The notes under the pieces were generated by a model, which had not been told where the DNA came from, searched no databases, and saw only the letters and a program-made list of their open reading frames with translations. Below are positions 8,746 through 18,300 of a stretch of 45,082 bases of DNA, piece by piece. Both the position numbers and the translations under genes were made by a program. The stretch lies in contig CBDUXJ010000002.1 of NCBI GenBank assembly GCA_965371165.1, positions 1 to 45,082 on the forward strand. The letters run 5' to 3'. Position 1 is the stretch's first letter. The number at the start of each line of letters is the position of its first letter. Source of the stretch: an uncultured Syntrophobacterales bacterium. GTDB taxonomy: Bacteria > Desulfobacterota > BSN033 > WVXP01 > G020346125.

Positions 8746-9588
8746 TTATTGTGGTATTTCCCTTTGTACAGGTAAATCTACGTATTGAACGAGATCCCTG
8801 GGCGAGAAGGGAATTCCATCCACAATGCGGGCTTCGATTTCTGAAAGCTCCCTCCCCAGTCGCCTGAGCTGTCTTCCAAATCGATAAATCTCCAAAAGAT
8901 CCTGCCAATGAGCCAAGGAAAATCGAATGGCTCCTCTCAGGGTGGTTCTCCCATGAGGCCCCATCACCATTCCATAGTCGATCTCTCGGGTAGATATATC
9001 ATCTGAGATCATCCGAAGGGCCATCACTGGAACGCGGCTCTTGCTAGCCTCGCCTGCTATAGCCGACCCTTCCATTTCGACGGCCTCAACCCCCAGTTCT
9101 CGATGAATTCGATACCGTTCCTCGAGCTTGAAGATAAAATATGGTACGGTAAGCACCTTCCCCGTTTTAAATTCTACATTATATTTATCTAATATATTCG
9201 AGGTGATATCGATTAAACCTTTATCCAATGTATAGGTTTTTTCGACCCTGAGTGTCTCCATATCCTTAATCCATAGGAGGTGGGTAGCCAACAAAATTTC
9301 ACCTATTTTCGTGGCCATATCTACTGATCCGGCCAAGCCGAAAGATAATATCGCTGTTGGAGAGAAGCGTTCTATCATATGAATGCATGCGTTCATAGCC
9401 CGATTATATCCAATGCCACTTTCTACCAAAACGAACTCCTTCCCGGAAAAGTCCCCCCGAAAAAAGCGACTGCTCTCCACCCTTTCCTTCTCGGTCAGCT
9501 CAATTTTCTTCAAGAGCCCTATTTCAAGCCCGGTGGCCCCAATTATCCCGATAAGGCCATCTGTTCTCGGTTGATGGATCCCATTCAT
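8746..9588 (-). CDS. Nucleoside phosphorylase-family protein (PNP_UDP_1; MTA/SAH-nucleosidase-like) with a C-terminal extension
   Basis: IGIIGATGLE, ESGIGYNRA, SFGLAGS and AVEMEGSAIA...ALRMISD align with MtnN-type motifs. ATG 9588 forms an ATGA overlap with the rluB stop. Confidence 0.7.
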   Translation of the reverse strand: MNGIHQPRTDGLIGIIGATGLEIGLLKKIELTEKERVESSRFFRGDFSGKEFVLVESGIGYNRAMNACIHMIERFSPTAILSFGLAGSVDMATKIGEILLATHLLWIKDMETLRVEKTYTLDKGLIDITSNILDKYNVEFKTGKVLTVPYFIFKLEERYRIHRELGVEAVEMEGSAIAGEASKSRVPVMALRMISDDISTREIDYGMVMGPHGRTTLRGAIRFSLAHWQDLLEIYRFGRQLRRLGRELSEIEARIVDGIPFSPRDLVQYVDLPVQREIPQ

Positions 9589-10325
9589 TTCCCCACACCA
9601 TGGGCAGAAGAACATCGGTCCTTTAACTCATCGATTTCCTTCGAGGTGAGATAGCGGTATTTCCCCAGTTTGAGATCGGCTAAGGTCAGGGAACCATAAC
9701 GAATTCGCCTCAGTCTGGTCACGGGATGGGATATTGCATCACACATCTTCTTGATCAATCTGTTCCTTCCCTCATAGACGGTCAACCTCATCCATGAATT
9801 CCTCTTTAACCTCTTGATGATGCGTACCTTTGCCGGAAGGGTAACTCCATCCTCGAGGACTATTCCATCCCTTATCCTCCTCATCGCCCCCACATCGGGA
9901 ATTCCCTTCACCTTGACCAAGTATGTGCGGGGAATCCCATACCTGGGGTGGGTCAATCGGTGATGGAGCTCGCCGTCGTTGGTGAGGATGAGCAATCCTT
10001 CGGAATCGAAATCGAGTCTGCCGATGGGATAGATCCTTTTCTTCTTCCCATGTAGGAAGTCTCGAATGGTAGGTCTTCCAAGGGGATCATCGAGGGTCGT
10101 AACACACCCCCTCGGTTTGTTCAAAACGAGGTATACCTTGGGCTCGAATTTGCCGATCGGTTTCCCGTCAACCCTGATATGGTCCTTTCGGGGATCGGAC
10201 TTGAAACCGAGATTTTTGACTACCACCCCGTTTACCTTTACCCTACCCTCCATAATGAGTTTCTCGGCATGACGACGGGAAGCGTGGCCTGTTTTAGACA
10301 GGATCTTCTGAAGTCGTTCCTTCAC
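9585..10325 (-). CDS. rluB: 23S rRNA pseudouridine synthase, RsuA/RluB family
   Basis: N-terminal S4 domain (RLQKILSKTGHASRRHAEKLIMEGRVKVNG) and catalytic GRLDFDSEGLLILTNDG motif. GTG start behind GGGGGAGG. Confidence 0.85.
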   Translation of the reverse strand: MKERLQKILSKTGHASRRHAEKLIMEGRVKVNGVVVKNLGFKSDPRKDHIRVDGKPIGKFEPKVYLVLNKPRGCVTTLDDPLGRPTIRDFLHGKKKRIYPIGRLDFDSEGLLILTNDGELHHRLTHPRYGIPRTYLVKVKGIPDVGAMRRIRDGIVLEDGVTLPAKVRIIKRLKRNSWMRLTVYEGRNRLIKKMCDAISHPVTRLRRIRYGSLTLADLKLGKYRYLTSKEIDELKDRCSSAHGVGK

Positions 10326-10347
10326 AGACCTCCCCCGCGGGACAGGG

Positions 10348-10914
10348 CTAAACGGGTTCTTGCGAATTGATCTCCCCCATCCCCTTTCCCAGTTCCTGAA
10401 TTTCCCTTAATGTGGGCAAGCTTGAGATGCTTTCGAGGCCGAAAAATTCTAGGAAATATTTAGAGGTCCCATAAACGATGGGCCTCCCGGGAATGGCCTT
10501 TCTCCCCATTATCCGAATCAATTGCTTCTCCAGGAGGGCCCGGAGGACCCAGCCAGAATCTACCCCCCTAATGGCCTCGATCTCCGCCCTGATAATGGGT
10601 TGTTTATAGGCGATAATGGCCAATGTCTCCAAGGCCGCTTTCGTTAATCTGGTTGGCTTCATCTTCTTCGATTGCTGAATCCATTGCGCATATTCCGGTT
10701 TCGTTCGAAACTGAAATCCCTCCGCGACCTTCACCAACTGAAAACTCCGATCCAATTGTCGATACTCCTCCATCAACTCATCGAGACAGCTCTGAATCAT
10801 CCGCTTATCCACATTCTCCAACACCTCTTGGATGGAATCGATTCTCAAGGGGTTCCCGGAGACGAAGATCAAGCTCTCTATTATCGATTTGAGTCGCTTT
10901 CCTTCCATTGGCAC
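10348..10914 (-). CDS. scpB: Segregation and condensation protein B
   Basis: 188 aa. IESLIFVSGNPL start and TKAALETLAIIAYKQPI...EIEAIRGV winged-helix pattern typical of ScpB. Exact start uncertain (GTG 10914 or ATG 10908). Confidence 0.8.
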   Translation of the reverse strand: MPMEGKRLKSIIESLIFVSGNPLRIDSIQEVLENVDKRMIQSCLDELMEEYRQLDRSFQLVKVAEGFQFRTKPEYAQWIQQSKKMKPTRLTKAALETLAIIAYKQPIIRAEIEAIRGVDSGWVLRALLEKQLIRIMGRKAIPGRPIVYGTSKYFLEFFGLESISSLPTLREIQELGKGMGEINSQEPV

Positions 10915-10926
10915 GTTCGAATATTC

Positions 10927-11166
10927 CTACCCCCGATCATCGGGGATTTTCGTCCATTCCCTTTTTTCCCGAGAAAAGACAGATGAAATGGCATGCTTAT
11001 AAATCAATCGTTCATTCTCATTTTTTACGATCAAGCTGAAATTATCGAAGCTGGTGATTTGCCCTTCGATCCTTTCTCCTGTGATGAGTTCAATAATTAC
11101 GGTTACCCTTTCCTTGCGCATTCTGTTGAGAAACTGATCCTGAATATTAATGTGATTTCTAACCAT
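10927..11166 (-). CDS. hfq: RNA chaperone Hfq
   Basis: 79 aa with Sm1/Sm2 motifs (QDQFLNRMRKERVTVIIELITGERIEGQITSFDNFSLIV...LIYKHAISS). Canonical position right after miaA. AGGGGG SD. Confidence 0.95.
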   Translation of the reverse strand: MVRNHINIQDQFLNRMRKERVTVIIELITGERIEGQITSFDNFSLIVKNENERLIYKHAISSVFSREKREWTKIPDDRG

Positions 11167-11175
11167 TATGGCCCC

Positions 11176-12141
11176 CTATCCATTGATGGCTGTTTTGACG
11201 GTATTGGGTTTGGGTCTGCCCCGGTTCAAGAACCCCTCACCCATCTCAATGATTCTTCTCCTTCCCTCAGGGTAATGAACCCATCGGATTTCTGGGTCGC
11301 TCCGGAACCATGTGAGCTGTCGTTTGGCGTAGGCCTTCGTTTCTTCCTTGATGAGGTGAATGGCCTCCTGGAAATCGCGCTCTCCACAGAGATATTCCAC
11401 CATACGTTTATACCCCAATCCCTGCATGGATTTCAGGTACCGGCCATATCCCATGTTGAGTAACGATCTTACCTCTTCTCCAATTCCCCTCCTCACCATG
11501 TGATCCACTCTCTTCTCTATTCGGCGGTAAATATCCTCCCTCTCCCTCATCAACCCGATCTTGAGCACTTCATAGGGGCAGTCCTGAAATGCGTGTTTTT
11601 GCTGCCAATGGGATAAAGGTATCCCGGTCTGCCGATAAACTTCCAGCGCACGGATTATCCTCAATATATCGTTGGGGTGGAGCCTCGATGCTGATGTTGG
11701 GTCAATCTCCTCTAATTCATGCCAAAGGAATGCCCTCCCAAGGCGATCTGCCTTCTTCCTCAGCTCTTGCCTCAAGGACTGATCGGCCTCGGGTGAGGGG
11801 AATAGACCACGGAGGAGGGCCTTTATATATAACCCCGTCCCGCCGACGATGAGGATATTCTTTCCTCCTTTTTGTAATACATCGATAACTCCCCTTGCCC
11901 TTTCCTTATAATTGGCAGCACTAAAGGTTTCATCTGGAAAGATGATGTCAAGCAGGTGATGGGGAATACGTCTGCGATCGTCAGGGCTGGGTTTGCCCGT
12001 GCCGATATCCATGTATCTGTATATTTGCATGGAGTCGGCACTGATGATCTCGGCCTTGATTTTGGAGGCTATCTCCATGGCTAGCTGGGACTTTCCAGAA
12101 GCAGTAGGTCCCACAATGGCGATGAGGCGCGGTTGATCCAT
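11176..12141 (-). CDS. miaA: tRNA dimethylallyltransferase
   Basis: P-loop IAIVGPTASGKS near the N-terminus when started at ATG 12141. DSMQIYRYMDIGTGKP and GGTGLYIKALL motifs. The TTG 12213 extension was rejected. Confidence 0.9.
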   Translation of the reverse strand: MDQPRLIAIVGPTASGKSQLAMEIASKIKAEIISADSMQIYRYMDIGTGKPSPDDRRRIPHHLLDIIFPDETFSAANYKERARGVIDVLQKGGKNILIVGGTGLYIKALLRGLFPSPEADQSLRQELRKKADRLGRAFLWHELEEIDPTSASRLHPNDILRIIRALEVYRQTGIPLSHWQQKHAFQDCPYEVLKIGLMREREDIYRRIEKRVDHMVRRGIGEEVRSLLNMGYGRYLKSMQGLGYKRMVEYLCGERDFQEAIHLIKEETKAYAKRQLTWFRSDPEIRWVHYPEGRRRIIEMGEGFLNRGRPKPNTVKTAING

Positions 12142-12270
12142 ACCACAACAGAGTTTAATCAATTGGATACAATACTTCAAGGAAAAATTGGGGGTGGACT
12201 GAGGAATCCTCAAAATGTTCAGGGAGTTTAAAAAAACTCTTGCTATATGTCTTTAATTGTATTAAGAATA

Positions 12271-12420
12271 GACGGCTTCGTAAAAAGTCCATCTGTTGCG
12301 TTGCGCTTCATCCTTCGTCACTGCACCGTACTTCTATGTACGCCTCATTCCTCAGGATTTGCGCGCCTTGCATCTGGATCTTTTTTCTTTGCCGTCTGAT
12401 TTATGACTTTTTACGAGACC
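12271..12420 (+). repeat. Repeat family A, copy 2 (short form lacking the 42-nt internal module)
   Basis: Same ends as copy 1, with CGTAAAAAGTC at 12279-12289 and GACTTTTTACG at 12405-12415. Lies in the divergent miaA / fis-like intergenic region. Confidence 0.85.
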
Positions 12421-12519
12421 ATTAAGAGTAGATTGAAATTTTTCTTTGAAATTGATTCCCCTTTCTCTTTCAAGAGGTCAAGGGCTCAAAGTCCTTCACG
12501 CTTCTTGGAATATGTTTCA

Positions 12520-12843
12520 ATGGGATCGATCATGGCCAAGGAAAGGACTACAGATGGTGCAATGCCAAAGGGTTGGGACGATTTGAAGCGGGACCGAATA
12601 GAGGATCTCTCCCTCGAGGACCTATTGGAAAAAAAATTGACCGGGACTCTCAATGGAGTTGATACGGGGCTTGAATTTAACTTTGGCTTATTCCACGATG
12701 TCATTTCCATTGTCGAACGAATTTTGATCAAAATGGCCTTAAAGAAGACGAACAAGGTGCAAGTGGCAGCGGCCCAATTCCTCGGGATTAACAGGAACAC
12801 CCTCCGCAAAAAGATCAAGGATCTGAAGATCAAAATACCTTGA
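12520..12843 (+). CDS. Small Fis-family DNA-binding protein (HTH_8)
   Basis: C-terminal [39 protein letters not shown] is a Fis-type helix-turn-helix. The ORF is open from 12403 inside the repeat. ATG 12520 or 12532 gives the usual size of about 100 aa, so the start is uncertain. Confidence 0.65.
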   Translation: MGSIMAKERTTDGAMPKGWDDLKRDRIEDLSLEDLLEKKLTGTLNGVDTGLEFNFGLFHDVISIVERILIKMALKKTNKVQVAAAQFLGINRNTLRKKIKDLKIKIP

Positions 12844-12866
12844 TCTCTCTCCCCGAATACATTTCT

Positions 12867-13469
12867 CTATTCCAATCCATGAGCGAATAATTCCGCCCTT
12901 AATATCCGAAGTACTTCGTGCCAACTTAGGGCCAATTCTATTCCTTCAGGAACATCTATGGGTTCACTGTAGCCACTTTTCAAGAGAATTCTTTTTAGAT
13001 TTGGCAGTTCAGTTCCCATCAGGTGGCGTTCATCATCATCGATCAGAACACCGATGCCATAATCGTCGCATAACTGAGGTTTAGTCAGCTCGCTACCATC
13101 TATACTATTTCCAGCAGCGGAGAAATAGGCATAGATGAAGGAATCGAGCCCTTTTTTTCGAAGCCATTCCTTGCACCACAGGACTTGATGAGATAGGCGG
13201 GCAGTTATGACAAAGATTTGAGAATGTCTTGCCAATTCCTTAATGGCATCTATTGCCCCGGGAACTTCCCTCGCCTTGAGAGAGCCTTTCCGTCCGTAAA
13301 CAAATTCACTCATCCTTTCGTAATTCTCGAGCCCAATGATTGGAACACAACTTGTCCTATCGGTCTTCCAGGGTGGAACTTCCACTCCCAAGTGTTCGCG
13401 TATCCAATGAGCTTTGATCCCACTGGTGTCCGCTATCGTCCCGTCATAATCGATTCCGATTATCTTCAT
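12867..13469 (-). CDS. HAD-superfamily hydrolase (5'(3')-nucleotidase-like)
   Basis: N-terminal IGIDYDGTIADT (DxDGT motif I), FVITAR (motif II-like), and acidic LIDDDERH near the C-terminus. Confidence 0.55.
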   Translation of the reverse strand: MKIIGIDYDGTIADTSGIKAHWIREHLGVEVPPWKTDRTSCVPIIGLENYERMSEFVYGRKGSLKAREVPGAIDAIKELARHSQIFVITARLSHQVLWCKEWLRKKGLDSFIYAYFSAAGNSIDGSELTKPQLCDDYGIGVLIDDDERHLMGTELPNLKRILLKSGYSEPIDVPEGIELALSWHEVLRILRAELFAHGLE

Positions 13470-13470
13470 A

Positions 13471-13743
13471 TCATCTTTTTAAGATGGTCAGCTCAACAAC
13501 CGCATTTCGATAGAGCCTATCTTTCACATACTTTATTCTCACCTTTTCGCCGATATGGGGAATGCGCCCCGATTTCCAGTGGGTCTTGCTCCCGACCCAA
13601 AAAACCGATATTGTACCGTCCTTACCCCGTGTCCTGATGATCTTAGGTTCGACCCCGACGACGACTCCGGTATATACGTGATATTCCGCTAAGGCAATCC
13701 CTGATAGCGTGAAAAGAAGGATCAGGACTATGATAAATCCCAT
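13471..13743 (-). CDS. Hypothetical small exported protein
   Basis: ATG 13743 behind AGAGGAAA gives signal-peptide-like MGFIIVLILLFTLSGIALA. Ends 1 nt before the HAD gene start. No recognisable family. Confidence 0.45.
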   Translation of the reverse strand: MGFIIVLILLFTLSGIALAEYHVYTGVVVGVEPKIIRTRGKDGTISVFWVGSKTHWKSGRIPHIGEKVRIKYVKDRLYRNAVVELTILKR

Positions 13744-13907
13744 CAGCAAGTTTCCTCTTTTTTCAATCATCTTCCCGACCTTCGAATCTGGGTTCTTTGT
13801 GGAAGCACCATCTTTGTAGCCAAATTATACGTAATGCACCGCTGAAATTCAATTATTCTCCCCTCGGCATCTTCCTGGCAATGGCCCCTTTACCGAGACC
13901 CTTTCAC

Positions 13908-14165
13908 TAGAGTTTTCTGACCTTTATACGAGGTATCTTTGTAAACTGTTGATTACATGGCAACTCAGCGGCTTTGCCCCAGCTGGCCTACGGCCCTGAA
14001 GGGCCAAAGGGAAGACTGGAATAATGGAAGTTTGGTTTTATTCTTCACCATTCCAACATTCCATGTGGTGTATTCCATCATCCCACTTCTCCAGCAAATT
14101 ACGCTTGTGAACAACGGTGTTCTCCAGAAACTCAACAAACTCAAGAAACTCCTAGAAACCGATAA
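13908..14165 (+). repeat. Repeat family B copy (upstream of the RND operon)
   Basis: Shares TTTGTAAAC..TTGATTA..AACTCAGCGGCTTTGCCCC with 28980-29025, and TGGAAT/ATTCCA arrays and CTCAAGAAACT with 24491-24510. Contains hairpin TGGAATAATGGAA (14017-14029) / TTCCAACATTCCA (14051-14063). Confidence 0.75.
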
Positions 14166-14198
14166 GCATTGACGAAGCCGGATTTTTGGGGGATATTT

Positions 14199-15317
14199 AT
14201 GAAGGACCAGATGACTCTCTTTTCCAGGGGTTCCATGAAGGGAAAAAAAGGATTTCTCCTTCCTTTCCTCATACTATTTTTGGGGGTCGGCTCTTTCTCT
14301 TGGGCCCAGGGACCTCCGCCCACCCCTGTAGTGGTTTCTCCGGTTCTCCAGAAGCAGGTCAGGGAGTCCGTGGTCCTGGTAGGCACGGCAACGCCCCGCG
14401 TGAGAAGCCTTTTTGCCGCGGAAGTGGAAGGCCTGGTGGAGGAACTTTACGTAGACGAGGGGGACACTGTCAAGGAAGGGCAGGTTTTGGCAAAACTCGG
14501 CTCCTCAATACTGGAAATCCAACTGAAGGTGGCGAGGGCGGCTCGAAACGAGGCGAGGGAACGTTATCTCCAGGCCAAGGCCGAGCTGGAGAGGTCCATT
14601 AAACTCCGCCGGTCCAAATCCATTTCCGAAAAGAAGTTCTCGGATGATCGATTCGAAGCTATGGCGTGGGAAAAGAGAGTAAGACAACGTGGGGCACAGA
14701 TATCACGGTTGAAGTATCAACTGGCAAAAAAGACCATTATCGCCCCATTTTCCGGTTTTGTCGCAAAAAAGCATACAGAGGTGGGACAGTGGGTGGAAAA
14801 GGGAGGAGATATAGTTACCTTAATCAATCTAGAATACGTCCACGTGGTGGTGCAGGTACCCGAGCGCTATGTGGATAAAATCCGGGTGGGAGATCGCGCC
14901 TCTGTTTCGGTAGATGCCCTGGGAAATAAAACGTACTCGGGAAAGATCATCGCCATCATTCCAGAAGGGGATCGGGAAGCCCGGACCTTTCCCGTAAAAG
15001 TCGATCTCAAGAACAAAAATTTTCGAATCAAAAGCGGAATGCTCTCTCATGTCACCTTTTCCCTGGGAAAACCTTACCCCGCCTTGCTCGTCCCCAAGGA
15101 TGCCTTGGTCAACCGAAATAACCAAAAATTCGTCTTTATCTATCGGAACGATATCGCGAAGCTGGTCAGGTTGGACGTCAAAGGGTATCACGGAGGCATG
15201 GCCGAAGTGTCAGGAGACCTGAGCCCCGGGTTCTTGGTAGTAATCCGCGGGAATGAGAGGTTACGGGATGGACAAAAAGTCCTCGTAATCCGGGAAACAT
15301 CCCCAAAAAGAGAGTAA
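14199..15317 (+). CDS. RND efflux periplasmic adaptor (membrane fusion protein, HlyD family)
   Basis: Signal/anchor segment followed by a coiled-coil region (LEIQLKVARAARNEARERYLQAKAELER) and beta-barrel region (IIAPFSGFVAKKH). Immediately precedes the RND pump gene. Alternative start at ATG 14235. Confidence 0.85.
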   Translation: MKDQMTLFSRGSMKGKKGFLLPFLILFLGVGSFSWAQGPPPTPVVVSPVLQKQVRESVVLVGTATPRVRSLFAAEVEGLVEELYVDEGDTVKEGQVLAKLGSSILEIQLKVARAARNEARERYLQAKAELERSIKLRRSKSISEKKFSDDRFEAMAWEKRVRQRGAQISRLKYQLAKKTIIAPFSGFVAKKHTEVGQWVEKGGDIVTLINLEYVHVVVQVPERYVDKIRVGDRASVSVDALGNKTYSGKIIAIIPEGDREARTFPVKVDLKNKNFRIKSGMLSHVTFSLGKPYPALLVPKDALVNRNNQKFVFIYRNDIAKLVRLDVKGYHGGMAEVSGDLSPGFLVVIRGNERLRDGQKVLVIRETSPKRE

Positions 15318-15321
15318 ACAC

Positions 15322-18300
15322 GTGAAGTTAGTTGACAGTTCTATCAAGAACCCCGTGACGGTAACGGTGGGGATTTTCTTCATCATTCTTTTCGGCTTCA
15401 TCTCCCTCTCCCGAATTCCCGTTCAACTCACCCCAGAGATTCAAGAAGTGGAGATCCAGGTAGAGACCATATGGCCGGGAGCCAGCCCCCAAGAAGTGGA
15501 GCGGGAGATCATCGAGGAGCAGGAGGAGCAGCTCAAGAGTGTTGAAGGACTGGTGGAGATAAAGAGCGAGAGTTTCCGAAGCAGGGGCCGCGTGATCATG
15601 AAGTTTCAGACGGGAACGGATCAGGATACCGCCTTGCTCAAGGTCTCCAACAAACTGAACCAAGTGCCCCAGTACCCTGCGGATGCGGATGAGCCGGTGA
15701 TCGAGACTACCGGGACGGAAAGCGATGCCATCGCTTGGTTTGTATTTGAGAAGACCAGAGGGGATTCTGGGGATGTGGTCTTCGAGAAGAAATTCATCGA
15801 AGACAACGTGAAGCCCCGCTTGGAAAGGATTCCCGGGGTGGCAGCGGTGAACGTTTACGGAGGTCGGGAAAAGGAAATGAAGGTGATCGTGGACCCTCGT
15901 GCCCTTGCCGCCAGAAATATTACCATCCGGGATATGATCCGGGCCCTGGATATGGAAAACCGAAACATCAGCGCCGGGGATCTGGATGAGGGAAAACGCC
16001 GCTACATCGTCCGGACGGTGGGGGAGTACCGGACGCCCGAAGATATCGAAAACGTCATCATCCGTCAGGTAAATGAGGCGCCCGTTTATGTCAGAGATGT
16101 TGCACAGGTAAAGTTGGGCTACAAGAAATCCGAGGCGACCATCCGCCAAAAGGGAAAACCGGCCATCGTCATGAACGCAATCCGGGAGGTGGGAGCCAAC
16201 ATCTTGACGGTGATGGAGGAAATTAAGAAGGAGGTCAAGGCGTTAAACCGCTCCCTTCTGGCCAGTCGGAACCTCCATCTGGAACAGGTCTACGATGAGA
16301 CCGAATACATTTACAGTGCCATCGATCTGGTAAGACAGAACCTTTTCGTCGGCGGGAGCCTAGCAATCCTGGTATTACTCCTTTTTCTTCGGAGCGGAAG
16401 CAGCACCCTGATCGTTGCCACGGCCATCCCGATCAGCATCATCGGGACTTTTGTAATGATGGCCCTTCTGGGAAGAAGCATCAATGTTATCAGCCTGGCG
16501 GGGATGGCCTTTGCAGTGGGCATGGTGGTCGATAACTCCATCGTGGTACTGGAGAACATTTACCGCCATATGCAGATGGGGGAAAGCCGCCTTGTGGCCG
16601 CTTACAAGGGTGCCGTTGAGGTGTGGGGGGCTATTCTGGCCAGCACGCTCACCACCATCGCCGTCTTCCTGCCCGTCATCTTTGTGCAGGAGGAGGCAGG
16701 CCAGCTTTTCCGCGATATCGCAGTGGCGGTGAGCTGCTCGGTTGCCCTCAGCTTGATCGTCTCCATTACCGTGATCCCCACCCTGGCAGCGAGGATTCTC
16801 AGAGTTCCCAAAGCCCTCCTCCTAGAAGGAGGAAAGAGGGAAAAGGTCCCCTTTTTTTCATTTTTGAACCTTTTTGGACTCGTTTCGATCACACGGATCT
16901 TTTCCCGAGGCATTGCGGCCTTCTTCCCCTGGATTTACCGGAGTATCTCGCTCAGGCTAGCCTTGGTGTTTGTGATAACCGGAGTTTCGCTCTCCATGGC
17001 CTGGTTCCTCATTCCCAAGACCGAATACCTTCCCCAGGGGAATCAGAACTTCCTCTTCGGGTTCCTCCTGACACCACCGGGGTACAATGTGGAGGAGTTC
17101 ACCCGGATCGCCCAGGAAATCGAGGCGGACCTGGCCCCCTATTGGGAAGTCGAACCGGAGGATGAAAATCCAACCCGAATTCAAGGTCCCTCCATACGGA
17201 ACTTTTTCTTCGTTTCCTTCTTCCAACAGGCCTTCATGGGCCTCATCAGTAAGACCCCTGAACGGGTTCGGGAGCTAATTCCCGTGGTCTATCGATCTCT
17301 GGCCAAAATTCCGGGATTGATCGCAGTAGTAACCCAGGCCAGTCTCTTTGAGCGGGTGGGCGAAGGGAGATCCATCGACATCCAGATAGTGGGGATCTGC
17401 GATCTGACCCGTCTCGTGAAGCTGGGCCAGATGATATTCGGCCAAATCATGGAGATCTTGCCCGGTTCTCAAGCGCGGCCCATACCCAGTCTTGACCTGG
17501 GAAGCCCCGAAATCCAGGTGATTCCCAACCGGGTGAGGATGGCCAGCTTAGGGGTACAAACCAGCGAACTGGGAATCGCCGTGGATGCCCTCATGGACGG
17601 AACCAAGGCTAGCGACTATTGGCATGATGGGACAGAGATTGACCTGACATTGGTGGGAAAGGACGAATACGCCCGACGCTCTCAGGATTTGAAGGACCTT
17701 TTGATCCATACACCCCGGGGAGAAGCGGTCACGTTGGGATCTTTGGCAGATATCCAACTGGTGACCGGCCCCTCCCAGATCAACCATATCGAGAGGAAAC
17801 GATCCATCGTCATCCGGGTCAATCCACCGGAGGAGATGCCTTTGGAGATGGCCCTGGAAAGGATCGAGAGCCAGATTGTCCAACCTATTCGGGATAGGGG
17901 TGAGCTGGGGGAGGATTGCGATATCCGGTTAGCGGGCACGGCGGATAAGTTGTCCCTGACCCGGAAGGCCCTCCAATGGAACTTCTTGCTGGCCCTGGTT
18001 ATCACCTTCCTCTTAATGGCCTCCCTCTTCGAGAGCTTTCTCTACCCTTTGGTCATCATGTTCAGCGTTCCCCTGGCTGCTGCCGGGGGGTTTTGGGGGT
18101 TATTCCTGGTGAACCGCTTTATCGCTTTTCAACCTTTGGACGTGCTGACCATGTTGGGCTTTATCATTCTCATCGGAATCGTGGTCAACAACGCCATTTT
18201 GATCGTCCATCAGTCCCTGAACCATATGAGGGAAGGAATGGAACCCAGGGACGCCATCCATCAATCCATCCAAAAAAGGGTGAGGCCCATCTTCATGTCC

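Noticed and set aside
8735-8908. 58-codon N-terminal extension of the histidine kinase ORF, with similar extensions for miaA (12213), nadE (26933), purD (21306), pxpA (29436) and the FAD/Fe-S gene (3268)
   Set aside because: The extensions overlap the preceding gene or run through non-coding or repeat DNA. They lack SD sequences and push conserved N-terminal motifs (P-loops, PAS start, MNVDINCDMGE) away from their usual positions. Internal starts with SDs fit better.
14168-14199. TTGACG at the right end of family B as the -35 of an outward-facing promoter for the RND operon
   Set aside because: No acceptable -10 hexamer lies at 16-18 nt spacing. Any such transcript would start at or beyond the first candidate start codon. 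The similar TTGACT-17-TAATGA at 24512-24540 is only marginally better, so a general claim that the repeat carries a promoter is not supportable from sequence alone.
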